Notes: generated from the letters alone by a model not told the origin. A stretch of 64,000 bases of DNA from an uncultured bacterium (GCA_965371225.1 CBDUXP010000004.1:58624-122623); one strand, 5' to 3'. Counted from the first letter of the stretch, positions 51,351 to 59,893 are shown. Numbers and translations are program-made.

Positions 51351-52121
51351 TCATCCCTGCTTGCGCGCCTGGAGAATCAAGGTCTCACCCAGGAACAGGG
51401 CCGGGCTCAGCAGCTGGTGAAGAATTTCCGTATTGCGAGGCTCCTGGGTACGCGAATGCTCGTGGCGGAAGGCGAGCCATGTGTAAAGCGCAACGAACGG
51501 GTACAGGATCGCGTAGGGCCAGGACGCCGGCTTGATGCGGTTCATCCCGACGCGCTCGATGACAAACCCGCTCGTATGGAGCACGTAGCGCAACTCGGGA
51601 AACCCGATGGGGTTGATATGGTGCAGCGGGTCGCGGCGGGTTTCGTCCAAGGGTCGTTTGAACTTGTTGTGAAACCCGCTCCACAGAAATCGCCACCGGC
51701 TGCGAATCGCCTGAATATTGGGGGTGCTGAGAATGAAGTATCCGCCGGGCGCGAGAACGCGCGCCGCCTCGCGGGTGACGTGGAACGGGTTTTCCACGTG
51801 TTCGATCCCGTCCGCGCAGACGACCGCGTCGTACGCCCCCGATTCCAGCGGCCACGCGGTTTGCAGGTCCACTTCGTAGCACGTTACGTCGGGCAGCGTG
51901 AAGAGTTGGGGCTGGAGATCGCCGCCCGCGCAACTGGCGACGTGGGGCTGCAGCATGGCGAGCAGCGCCCCTTCCCCGCACGGCACGTCTAAGACGCGTT
52001 GCGCGCCGCAGTCGCGCACCCACTGGGCGATGGTGTCCAAGGTATTCCGGCTGGTATTCGCCTGCGGGCGCGTGGACGCGCGTGCGGGCGCGCCGGAGAG
52101 TGTAGTGGCATGGCTCGGCAT
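51351..52121 (-). CDS. Class I SAM-dependent methyltransferase
   Basis: VLDVPCGEG, IEHVENP, RVLAPGG..ILSTPN; alternative start 52175. Confidence 0.88.
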   Translation of the reverse strand: MPSHATTLSGAPARASTRPQANTSRNTLDTIAQWVRDCGAQRVLDVPCGEGALLAMLQPHVASCAGGDLQPQLFTLPDVTCYEVDLQTAWPLESGAYDAVVCADGIEHVENPFHVTREAARVLAPGGYFILSTPNIQAIRSRWRFLWSGFHNKFKRPLDETRRDPLHHINPIGFPELRYVLHTSGFVIERVGMNRIKPASWPYAILYPFVALYTWLAFRHEHSRTQEPRNTEILHQLLSPALFLGETLILQARKQG

Positions 52122-52125
52122 GGAC

Positions 52126-52944
52126 TCAGGCGGTGTGTTGCTCCGGGCGGGCCCGCGCGTCGGTCGCCGGGCCATTGGCCGTCCGGGGTGCTGTGGTCCG
52201 GCCCATGCCCCAGAGTTTGATGTACTTCAGGAGGACGTTGCACGCCGCCAGCAGACAGAGCACGAGGCCGGCCCCGCCATCCAGGAACCCGAGGCGCAGG
52301 ACGTACATCTTGAAGAACCGGGCGGGTGGGCGAAGCAGCAGCGCGCTCAGGCTGGCGCGCCGTCCCCGGGCATGGAGGTCTTCCGCGCCCCACGTGGTGT
52401 AGCGGTCAAATTTCTCGAAGTACTGCGCCATAGAGCGGACGGTGTCGTGGTACAGGACGCCGGGGAGGCGGGCAGTTTCCCCGTCGGTAATGATCTTTTC
52501 GTGGACGCGCACGTCCGCGTACCGGCTCACCCGGCGGTCGTACAGCCGCACGACGAAATCGCGCTCCCAGCCGCAGTGCTTGATATGTTGGCCGAAGAAG
52601 AAGCTTTCGCGCTTCACGTCGAACGCCGTGGCGGCCGGCGCCGTCGCCAAGACGCGCTCCACCGCTTCACGGAGTTCCGGGCTGACCCACTCGTCCGCAT
52701 CTACGGCGAGCACCCAGTCGTGCGTGCACTGGGGCAGCGCCCAATTCTTCTGCGCCGCCGGCGTGCTGAATTCGTGTTGCAGCACATGGCCGGTGTACCG
52801 GCGCACGATGTCCATGGTGTCGTCCGTGCTGAAGGAATCGACCACGAACACGTCATCCGCCCAGGCGAGACTTTCCAGGCACCGGGCGATGTTCTCCGCC
52901 TCGTTGTAGCAGATGACCAGCGCGGTCACGGGCAGGCGGCTCAC
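52126..52944 (-). CDS. GT2 LPS core glycosyltransferase (WaaE/KdtX-like)
   Basis: NE..NI..CL.S, VDS.S.D.T, QKN, DADE, VHE. Confidence 0.9.
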   Translation of the reverse strand: MSRLPVTALVICYNEAENIARCLESLAWADDVFVVDSFSTDDTMDIVRRYTGHVLQHEFSTPAAQKNWALPQCTHDWVLAVDADEWVSPELREAVERVLATAPAATAFDVKRESFFFGQHIKHCGWERDFVVRLYDRRVSRYADVRVHEKIITDGETARLPGVLYHDTVRSMAQYFEKFDRYTTWGAEDLHARGRRASLSALLLRPPARFFKMYVLRLGFLDGGAGLVLCLLAACNVLLKYIKLWGMGRTTAPRTANGPATDARARPEQHTA

Positions 52945-53423
52945 GACGCGCCTCCCCGGATGCGGGCGATGAGGGCGGACGTGGAGTGCGTCTTGGCGTC
53001 GCCCACGATCGCAATGCGCCCCCCGTACCGGGCGACCGTCGCGCGTTCGGGGATGGTGTCGGGCGTGTGGTCGGTCCCCTTGGCGTGCACGTCCGGGTGC
53101 AGGGCCTCCAGAATCGCATCCGCGGTGGGCTCGTCGAAGATCGTCACGTAGTCCACCGCGCTCAGTGCGGCCACGATGGCGGCACGCTCGGCTTCGGGCA
53201 TGAGCGGGCGCAGGCCATTGGGCTTATTGCGGCGGACCGACGCGTCGCTGTTGAGGGCGACCACCAAGACGTCGCCTTCCGCCTTGGCCGCTTCCAGGTA
53301 GCGCACGTGCCCCACGTGGAGCAGATCAAAACACCCGTTGGCCAGCACCACGCGCTCCCCCGCCGCACGGTGGGACGCCACGCGCGCTGCCAAGGCCGCG
53401 CGATCACGAACGAGCGGCGCCAT
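52941..53423 (-). CDS. D-glycero-beta-D-manno-heptose 1-phosphate adenylyltransferase (RfaE2/HldC-like)
   Basis: [27 protein letters not shown]. Confidence 0.88.
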   Translation of the reverse strand: MAPLVRDRAALAARVASHRAAGERVVLANGCFDLLHVGHVRYLEAAKAEGDVLVVALNSDASVRRNKPNGLRPLMPEAERAAIVAALSAVDYVTIFDEPTADAILEALHPDVHAKGTDHTPDTIPERATVARYGGRIAIVGDAKTHSTSALIARIRGGAS

Positions 53424-53507
53424 GCCGTGACCTGCGGGGGCGCCCGGATGTACCGCCGGCGGCCGGCGGCGGTGCGCACGGGCGGGCCTGCTGGGCGGCG
53501 AGGGGCA

Positions 53508-54155
53508 CTAGTTTCGGAACGCCTTCGCGTCCTCCATGAACTGGGCCAGGCCCTTGTCCGTCAGCGGGTGCAGAATCATCTGGTCGAGCACCTTGGCGGG
53601 GATCGTGGCGATATCGGCGCCCATCCTGGCGGCTTCGATCACGTGCAGGGGGTGGCGCACGCTGGCGACGATCACTTCGGTCTCGATGGCGGCATATTGC
53701 GAGAACATCTCGACGATGTGGCCGACGGTCTCCATGCCGTCGTGACTAATGTCATCGAGGCGGCCGACGAAGGGACTGACGTAGCCGGCGCCGGCTTTGG
53801 CGGCCATGAGCGCCTGGGTCGGCGAGAAGATGAGCGTCACGTTTGTTTTGATGCCGTCTTGGGCCAATTGGTACGTCGACTTGAGGCCCGCCCGAGTCAT
53901 GGGGATCTTCACGACGACGTTCGGCGCCCACGTGGCGAAGATTTTGCCTTCCTCGTACATCCCGTCGGGTTCTACCGTGGTGACCTCGACGCTGATGGGC
54001 CCGTCCACGACCTCGGCGATTTCCTTGATGCGCCGCTCGTGATCGACATTCTCCTTCGCCACGAGCGTCGGGTTCGTCGTTACCCCGTCTACGATGCCGA
54101 GCGCGGCCGCTTCTTTGATCGCGTCCAGATTGGCGGTGTCGATGAAGATCTTCAT
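53508..54155 (-). CDS. tal: Transaldolase (small FSA-like subfamily)
   Basis: FIDTA, GVTTNP, SVEV (Glu), VVKIP, SPFVGR (Phe): the transaldolase-type residue pair. Confidence 0.9.
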   Translation of the reverse strand: MKIFIDTANLDAIKEAAALGIVDGVTTNPTLVAKENVDHERRIKEIAEVVDGPISVEVTTVEPDGMYEEGKIFATWAPNVVVKIPMTRAGLKSTYQLAQDGIKTNVTLIFSPTQALMAAKAGAGYVSPFVGRLDDISHDGMETVGHIVEMFSQYAAIETEVIVASVRHPLHVIEAARMGADIATIPAKVLDQMILHPLTDKGLAQFMEDAKAFRN

Positions 54156-54180
54156 ACGCGGTGGGTGGTCCTCCCTGTGG

Positions 54181-54723
54181 CTAGCCGGAGTTGCGGGCCG
54201 GCACCTCGCCGTTGGCGAAATGGTCATTGATCTCGTCGAGGCGGCCGAGCGTGCGCAGAATGTATTCCACGCATTCGCGAACCGCCCCGTGGCCCCCGGC
54301 GGCCTCGGTAACGTAGTGCACGTGCTCCCGAACCTCGGCCCGCGCGTTCGCAGGCGCGATGGCGAACCCGACTAGCTGTAGGACCCGCAGGTCCAGGATG
54401 TCGTCGCCCATGTAGGCGATCTCGCGATCGGCCAGCCCCTCGGCGCGTTTGAGTTCTTCATACGCGACGCGTTTGTCGAAGTACCCCTGCCAGACGCAGT
54501 CGATGCCCAACTGTTCCGCCCGGCGGGTGACCGCCTCGGAGCGCCGGCCCGTCATAATCCCGACCCGGAGGCCGGCGGCTTTGGCCATGGTCAGGCCGAA
54601 CCCGTCGTGCACATCGAACCGCTTGATCTCCACGTCCCCCGTCCCGTAGATCATGCCGCCGTCGGTGAGGACCCCGTCCACGTCGAAGAGCAGCAGCTTG
54701 AGTGGCACGATTCGCTCGCGCAT
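54181..54723 (-). CDS. kdsC: Kdo 8-phosphate phosphatase
   Basis: [20 protein letters not shown]. Confidence 0.93.
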   Translation of the reverse strand: MRERIVPLKLLLFDVDGVLTDGGMIYGTGDVEIKRFDVHDGFGLTMAKAAGLRVGIMTGRRSEAVTRRAEQLGIDCVWQGYFDKRVAYEELKRAEGLADREIAYMGDDILDLRVLQLVGFAIAPANARAEVREHVHYVTEAAGGHGAVRECVEYILRTLGRLDEINDHFANGEVPARNSG

Positions 54724-54727
54724 GGGC

Positions 54728-55564
54728 CTAGGCTTCCCCCCAGCCGCGCATGACCTCGTGAATGGCCTTGGCTTGGGTGAGCAGGCCTTCCATCTTGTGC
54801 AGGGGCCACATGCTGGAGGCATCGCACTTGGCGTCCTCCGGCTTGGGGTGGGTCTCCAGGAAGAGCGCGTTTGCGCCGGCTGCGATGCCGGCACGCACGA
54901 GGGGCGGGACGAAGTGCGGCGAGCCGCCGTTCACCATGTCTTCGCTGGGAAACCCGTAGTTCCGCACGATATGCGTCGCATCGTAAACCACCGGGACGCC
55001 CAGGTCGCGGAGAATCGGCACGCAGGTCAGGTCGCTGATGAGCTTGTTGTACCCGAAGCACGTGCCCCGTTCGGTCACGAGAATCTGCCGGTTGCCGGTG
55101 CTCTGGAGCTTGCCGACCGCACTACCCATGTTCGCCGGCGCGAGGAACTGCCCCTTCTTGACGTTCACCGGTTTCCCGGTCTCCCCGAACTTCAGGAGCA
55201 GGCTCGTCTGCTGGCAGAGGTACGCCGGCACTTGCAGCAGGTCCAACACCTCCCCCGCCGGCTCCACCTGTTGCGCGTCGTGGCTGTCGGAGGTGATGGG
55301 ACACCCGACCTTGTCCCGCACTTTCGCCAGCATCTCCAGCCCCTTCGTGACCCCGGGCCCGCGATAACTCCGTTCGGACCCGCGGTTGTCCTTCTCGTAG
55401 GAGGCCTTGAAGATGAAAGAAATTCCGAGCCGGGCGGTAATTTCCGCCATCGTTTCGGCGATTTCTTCGAGGCCCGCCTGATCTTCAATGACGTCGGGGC
55501 CGCCAATGACGCACAAGGGCTGCCCGTCGCCGATGGTGATATCGCCTACGGTGACGTTTTGCAT
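54728..55564 (-). CDS. kdsA: Kdo 8-phosphate synthase with variant motifs
   Basis: FKASY, Q.PA.LC.QT, KKGQF, ERG..FGY, DATH, ETHP. Confidence 0.92.
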   Translation of the reverse strand: MQNVTVGDITIGDGQPLCVIGGPDVIEDQAGLEEIAETMAEITARLGISFIFKASYEKDNRGSERSYRGPGVTKGLEMLAKVRDKVGCPITSDSHDAQQVEPAGEVLDLLQVPAYLCQQTSLLLKFGETGKPVNVKKGQFLAPANMGSAVGKLQSTGNRQILVTERGTCFGYNKLISDLTCVPILRDLGVPVVYDATHIVRNYGFPSEDMVNGGSPHFVPPLVRAGIAAGANALFLETHPKPEDAKCDASSMWPLHKMEGLLTQAKAIHEVMRGWGEA

Positions 55565-56457
55565 GATACGGGGGGAGGGTGGAGCGGGCGTGAGGCGTGG
55601 AGGGCATCGCTGAGCCACCACTTCGCGCGGAACCACGGACGGGTGGACCGCAGGGCGGTGCGCATGGAGGCGGGGCCACAAGCCGCGTGGTGTAAATACG
55701 CTTTCAAGAACTGTGCGGCCGCGAGCCCGGGAATCGGGACGCCGGCGGCTTGGTGTTTCGTGCACGAGCGCACTAAGCGCCACAGGGCTCGCGCCCGCTG
55801 CTGGGGGGTGAGTGTGCCGACCCGGTGCGCGCCGTCCAGGTCGATGATCCACGCGCGCCACGCGCCGTCCGCACGTTGGAGCAAGATGTTGGTGGCGTTC
55901 AGGTCGGGATGCACAATGCCGGCGTCGTGCAATTTCGCCGTGGCAGCAGCGGCTGCTTGCACCGCCGCGCGCCGTTCCTGCGCATTCGACACCGTGCTCC
56001 ACAGGTGCGCAAATGGCAAGGCGTCGGGAATCTCGTGGACGATGACCCAGGCCCGGTAGCGGCCCAGCCCCCCGCGCTCCCACACTGCGGCCAGAACTTC
56101 GGGCGTGGGCACGCCGGCCGCGCGGGCTTCCGCGCTTACACACAGTTCCCGCAGTGGCCGCGGTGGCGTGCCGATGGCGAGATACCAGGTGCTGACAAAC
56201 CGGCCGAGCATCCCCCCCCGCCGTCCGGCGCGGATTACCACGCGTCCAACCTCTGTCGGCACGCTCGCGTGGCGGGCGCGTCCCGGGCGCACCTGTACGT
56301 CGCCGTCGGGACCAAAATCGGTCGGTTCGGCTACCGGCAGGGCCAACAGGGCGTCGCGCGCCGTCTCGCGGACCACCCAGTGGCGACCGCGATGGGCTAC
56401 GACCTCAAAGCCTGCCGGCGGCTGCAAGGGCTGGATCATATTGCGGCTAACGCCCAC
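55546..56457 (-). CDS. Kdo/LPS kinase (KdkA-like)
   Basis: RRGG, R...E, HPDLN..NIL, IIDLD; alternative start ATG 56439. Confidence 0.85.
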   Translation of the reverse strand: MGVSRNMIQPLQPPAGFEVVAHRGRHWVVRETARDALLALPVAEPTDFGPDGDVQVRPGRARHASVPTEVGRVVIRAGRRGGMLGRFVSTWYLAIGTPPRPLRELCVSAEARAAGVPTPEVLAAVWERGGLGRYRAWVIVHEIPDALPFAHLWSTVSNAQERRAAVQAAAAATAKLHDAGIVHPDLNATNILLQRADGAWRAWIIDLDGAHRVGTLTPQQRARALWRLVRSCTKHQAAGVPIPGLAAAQFLKAYLHHAACGPASMRTALRSTRPWFRAKWWLSDALHASRPLHPPPVSCKTSP

Positions 56458-56504
56458 AAGATCTAGGGGGGCGTCCAGTCTAGGGGCCGATATTTAGTGT
56501 AGCA
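56454..56504 (-). promoter_or_regulatory. Tandem NrdR boxes overlapping an extended -10 promoter of the Kdo/LPS operon
   Basis: CCACAAGATCTAGGGG (56454-56469) and GGCCGATATTTAGTGT (56485-56500), 31 bp apart; TGCTACACT on the minus strand (56496-56504). Confidence 0.65.
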
Positions 56505-56795
56505 CTGGCTGGCGGACAAGCCGCATGAATCCGCGAACTTTACCACACGCCTCTGGTGCCTTCAATACGTGGCGCGTTCCTGAGGGGGGATTTCGGCGGA
56601 GGCCGGGGCCCGGTGCCCGCGGGCCTTGCGTCTGTTTGCGGTGCGTGGCGGCGGCGCGGGCGCGCCGTTGCCCCCTCCGAAATCACATGCTAGGCTGCGG
56701 TAGTTCTTGCTGAAACGGGAATGCTTCTCGAGAAGCGTCGGTGTCCGGAGTTTGACTTTCGCCCGGTTTCCCGGGTGTTTAGAGGGATAGGTGAT

Positions 56796-57380
56796 ATGGA
56801 ACGAGTCATGGTGTTTTTGGACGGGTCGAATATCTATCACGGCCTCAAGGCGTACAACCAGGCGCACGGCCACGATATGGGGCACGGGGTTCGGATCGAC
56901 TACGAGAAGTTGGCCCGGGTGCTGACGGCCGGCCGGGACCTGCGCCGGGCCTATTTCTACGGCTCCTACGCGCAGGAGGGCGATCCGAGCTGGAGTTTCT
57001 TCGAGACGCTGAGCTACGGGAATTTTAAGGTGCGCGCCTTTCCGCTTCGGGCCGTGGCCCAGACCTACGTCGAGAAGGGGGTGGACATGAACATCACGCT
57101 GGACATGATGTTGCATGCCGCCCGGCAACACGTGGACACCGTCATTCTCGTGAGCGGCTCGAGCGACTACCTGCCTCTCCTGGAGGCGGTGCAGGACATG
57201 GGGATTCGCGTCGAGGTGGCCGCCTTTCGCGAAAGCACCTCGCCCCGTTTGATCAAGGGGGCGGATCGCTACATTAATATCGAGCATAAGGTGCCGGAGG
57301 TGGCCATCGAGGCGCGGGATCGGGACCAGGACGGCGGCCGGTCGCACGACCGCGAATACCACTCCTCCGACGCGTACTAG
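56796..57380 (+). CDS. NYN (LabA/DUF88) domain protein
   Basis: FLDGSNI, EKGVD, LVSGSSDY, G..VEV, L...AD. Confidence 0.9.
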   Translation: MERVMVFLDGSNIYHGLKAYNQAHGHDMGHGVRIDYEKLARVLTAGRDLRRAYFYGSYAQEGDPSWSFFETLSYGNFKVRAFPLRAVAQTYVEKGVDMNITLDMMLHAARQHVDTVILVSGSSDYLPLLEAVQDMGIRVEVAAFRESTSPRLIKGADRYINIEHKVPEVAIEARDRDQDGGRSHDREYHSSDAY

Positions 57381-57389
57381 TCCCTTCGC

Positions 57390-58259
57390 GTGAGTGGCCT
57401 GGATTGGGCCGCGCTGGGGGCGCGCCTCGGGCTGCAGGCGGGCGACCACTGTCTGCGCGGTATAGCCGGCCGTTATCCGGTCGGAGTGACGTCGCGTGAT
57501 ACGGCGACCTGGCTGGGGCTCATTGTCGCCAATGCCGACCAGCGCTGCTGGACCCTCACCCGCCGGTGGGAACCCCAAGCCCGTCCGCCGCGCCGGCCGG
57601 ATGCCACGACGGTCAAGTTCGCGGACCGGCGGCTGACCGAGCGCTACGTCGGGGCGGCCGAGGATTCGGCGTGGTTTCGCGACCGGCTGGGGGCGGGGGC
57701 CGCAGACGCGTTGGTCGAGGCGGCTGACGCCAACCGCCTGGGCGCGTGCAGCATCGACCTGCGCGATCACCTCTTGACCGCGCGGTACCGGTGCGCCGCT
57801 TCCGACGTGCCCGACCTGTCCGAAACCTTAGCGGCCCTGGGCGCGCTCGCAGCGTGTATCGATTCGCCCGAAGCGACTCTCCCCGACCTAGCCACCGTGC
57901 CGCTCCTGACCGGCGGAGGCAATGTCCCTGCCCAGAGGATGACCCGGCTCGAAGTGGACCGGGCTCGCTTGACCGCCACCCTGGCGCGGCAGCCCGGCCT
58001 GCGCGCGCGGGTGCACCCTGCCCCAGCGGTCGTGGTGGATTGGGACGCAGGCCGGCTGCAGAACCTCGATACCACGCTGCCCCTGGAGGCGATTCGCCAG
58101 GTGGCCATCGTGGCCGAGCGGGACGGTGCGTTCTGCGCAGTGACCGACGTGGGGGGCGCCATAGTCTTCGCCGGCCGGTTGGCCGGTGGCCCGCCCCAGA
58201 TCCCTACCTCTCTTGCGCAAGTGAGTCCACCGCTGGTGTACGCACGTGCGGACCGCTGA
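57390..58259 (+). CDS. Hypothetical protein
   Basis: 289-aa ORF 9 nt after the NYN gene, GC-rich codon usage, no recognisable motif. Confidence 0.55.
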   Translation: MSGLDWAALGARLGLQAGDHCLRGIAGRYPVGVTSRDTATWLGLIVANADQRCWTLTRRWEPQARPPRRPDATTVKFADRRLTERYVGAAEDSAWFRDRLGAGAADALVEAADANRLGACSIDLRDHLLTARYRCAASDVPDLSETLAALGALAACIDSPEATLPDLATVPLLTGGGNVPAQRMTRLEVDRARLTATLARQPGLRARVHPAPAVVVDWDAGRLQNLDTTLPLEAIRQVAIVAERDGAFCAVTDVGGAIVFAGRLAGGPPQIPTSLAQVSPPLVYARADR

Positions 58260-58310
58260 CGGGATGCGCTCGCGTGTGCCGCCGGCTTCTACGCGGTAAG
58301 GTACCGGGGC

Positions 58311-58598
58311 ATGTCTTTCCTGGTCCCGCTGCTGGGAATCGCGAGTATCCCGGTGGTCATCTTGTTCTTCGCCTTCTTCGCGGCCTATGTCTTCAAGATG
58401 GACTGGATCGAGAGTGCGTTCGGAGACATGGACGCGTTTTGGGCGCAGCGTGCCGTGTGGTCTTGGACCCCGCGACGCCTGCGCCGGTCCAGGGAATCGG
58501 GGCGGCGCAGGCGGAAGGCGGGCGCACGGACCGCAAAGGAAGACGCGGTCGAAGCGCGTGACGCGGCGGAGAAGGCCGCCCGGTGGCCATACGACTGA
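58311..58598 (+). CDS. Small single-pass membrane protein
   Basis: Hydrophobic N-terminus and basic C-terminus. Confidence 0.55.
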   Translation: MSFLVPLLGIASIPVVILFFAFFAAYVFKMDWIESAFGDMDAFWAQRAVWSWTPRRLRRSRESGRRRRKAGARTAKEDAVEARDAAEKAARWPYD

Positions 58599-58629
58599 GC
58601 CCGCGCGCGTCCCGGCGGGGCGTGGGAGA

Positions 58630-58803
58630 TCATCCCCAACAGCGGGACCAGCCGCAAGCGGGACAGTAGGCGCAGCCGCCGGCGGGAACCAGGTCCACGG
58701 AGCACTCGGGACAGGCGGATGCGTCCTCCCGATCCGGGGCGCGGGAGGGCGGTGGAGCGGCCGGAGCGCTGAGGGCCGCGGCGGAGAGAGGCCGCGGATT
58801 CAT
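58630..58803 (-). CDS. Small Zn-ribbon protein resembling the NrdJ C-terminus
   Basis: CPEC...L...GGC..C..CGWSRC; GGAG RBS before ATG 58803. Confidence 0.7.
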   Translation of the reverse strand: MNPRPLSAAALSAPAAPPPSRAPDREDASACPECSVDLVPAGGCAYCPACGWSRCWG

Positions 58804-58857
58804 AGGGCTCCGACCGCCCCACGGTGCTGGTGAGGGGAGCTGGCGGTCTTCCAAAGG

Positions 58858-58872
58858 GAACAAAAAGCGAAC
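58858..58872 (-). promoter_or_regulatory. SOS box GTTC-N7-GTTC
   Basis: Plus strand GAAC-AAAAAGC-GAAC, a perfect direct-repeat LexA site, about 55 nt upstream of the Zn-ribbon ORF. Confidence 0.65.
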
Positions 58873-58886
58873 ATGGCGGTGTGAGG

Positions 58887-58921
58887 AAAAGCGCGGGGCC
58901 GATTCTGCCGGCGCCGCGCTT
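58887..58921 (-). terminator. Probable lexA terminator
   Basis: AAGCGCGG...CCGCGCTT stem with a short T-run on the minus strand. Confidence 0.55.
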
Positions 58922-58936
58922 GTGTCCTGCCTTTCG

Positions 58937-59566
58937 TTAGTACTTGCGCATGAGGCCGACGACCACGCCCTGAATTTTCAGGTTCCGGTCCGGGCCCACG
59001 CGGATGGGGTCCATGGCGAGGTTGGCCGGTTGGAGGCGCACGTGGTCATCCTCCAGGTAGAAACGTTTCAGGGTGGCGGCCTCATTGTCCACGAGGGCCA
59101 CGACGGTCTCACCGTCTTCTGCGGTGGTGCTCTCCCGGACGATCACGTAGTCGCCGTCCTGGATATGATCGTCGATCATCGAGTCGCCTTTGACCTTGAG
59201 GACGAAGGTTCGTCGCCCGGCGGTGCCCACCCCCGCGAGGTGGCGCGGGACGGCAATGGTTTCGCGCTCGGCGATGGCTTCGATGGGCGCCCCGGCGGCG
59301 ATGCGGCCCATGAGCGGCAGCTCCACGCTGGATTCATCCGCGGCGTCGAGGTCGACGATGCGCATGTCCCGGCTGCGGTTCCACCCGCGTTCCACCAGGC
59401 CTTTGGCGGCCAGGTTCGATAGGTGTTTGTGTACCGTCGCCATGGAGGAGAGCTGGAAGTGCTGCCCGATCTCTTCCAGGGTGGGCGCGTAGCCCTTGTC
59501 CCGGATGTGCTCGCGCACGAAGTCGAGGATTTCCTTCTGGCGCTTCGTCAACGTGGGTCGTTTCAC
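58937..59566 (-). CDS. lexA: LexA repressor
   Basis: LT.RQ.EIL, PT.EEI, GRIAAG.P cleavage site, GDSM, ATLKR. Confidence 0.96.
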   Translation of the reverse strand: MKRPTLTKRQKEILDFVREHIRDKGYAPTLEEIGQHFQLSSMATVHKHLSNLAAKGLVERGWNRSRDMRIVDLDAADESSVELPLMGRIAAGAPIEAIAERETIAVPRHLAGVGTAGRRTFVLKVKGDSMIDDHIQDGDYVIVRESTTAEDGETVVALVDNEAATLKRFYLEDDHVRLQPANLAMDPIRVGPDRNLKIQGVVVGLMRKY

Positions 59567-59628
59567 TCCAATGCCTCCCCGCACGGGGCCGGGGCGCCAG
59601 GATGGCGCCGCCCTTCGTGCCGCGATTA

Positions 59629-59657
59629 GGGTAGGCGAATCAGGGACGAAAGTCAAC
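59629..59657 (-). promoter_or_regulatory. lexA promoter with degenerate SOS box
   Basis: TTGACT-17-TACCCT; TTTC-N7-ATTC (59637-59651) lies in the spacer. Confidence 0.65.
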
Positions 59658-59738
59658 AGCATATTTTTGCCGGTGGGCCACCTTTCGGCCAATGTGCGCT
59701 TCCTTTGGCCACTCGCGCCGATCCAGACGTGGGCAGGG

Positions 59739-59785
59739 TGTGGATAAGTCCTGTTTCCGTACCCACCGTCCCCATCCTGTCCACA
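59739..59785. promoter_or_regulatory. Two inverted DnaA-box-like sites
   Basis: TGTGGATAA (59739-59747, perfect) and CTGTCCACA (59777-59785, 2 mismatches). Confidence 0.5.
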
Positions 59786-59841
59786 GGACGCCGGCGGCCG
59801 CCGAGTTCCCGGTGGCCGTGGTGACTGGCGCAAACTGGCCC

Positions 59842-59893
59842 TTGCAAATTTCTAATAGTAAGGTAATATAATCATTAGCATGCCTAATGATTA
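59842..59893 (+). promoter_or_regulatory. MarR promoter and palindromic operator
   Basis: TTGCAA...TATAAT (59867-72); perfect inverted repeat TAATCATTAG-catgc-CTAATGATTA (59869-59893) covers the ATG. Confidence 0.75.

Noticed and set aside
53508-54155. Fructose-6-phosphate aldolase making arabinose 5-phosphate in place of KdsD
   Set aside because: It has Glu (SVEV) and Phe (SPF), the transaldolase pair, not the Gln/Tyr of FSA.
59815-59845. GTGACTGGCG, resembling the ZTP (pfl) riboswitch 5' motif
   Set aside because: The downstream GGGAG and CCGCCTGGGC elements are missing and no purine or folate gene follows.
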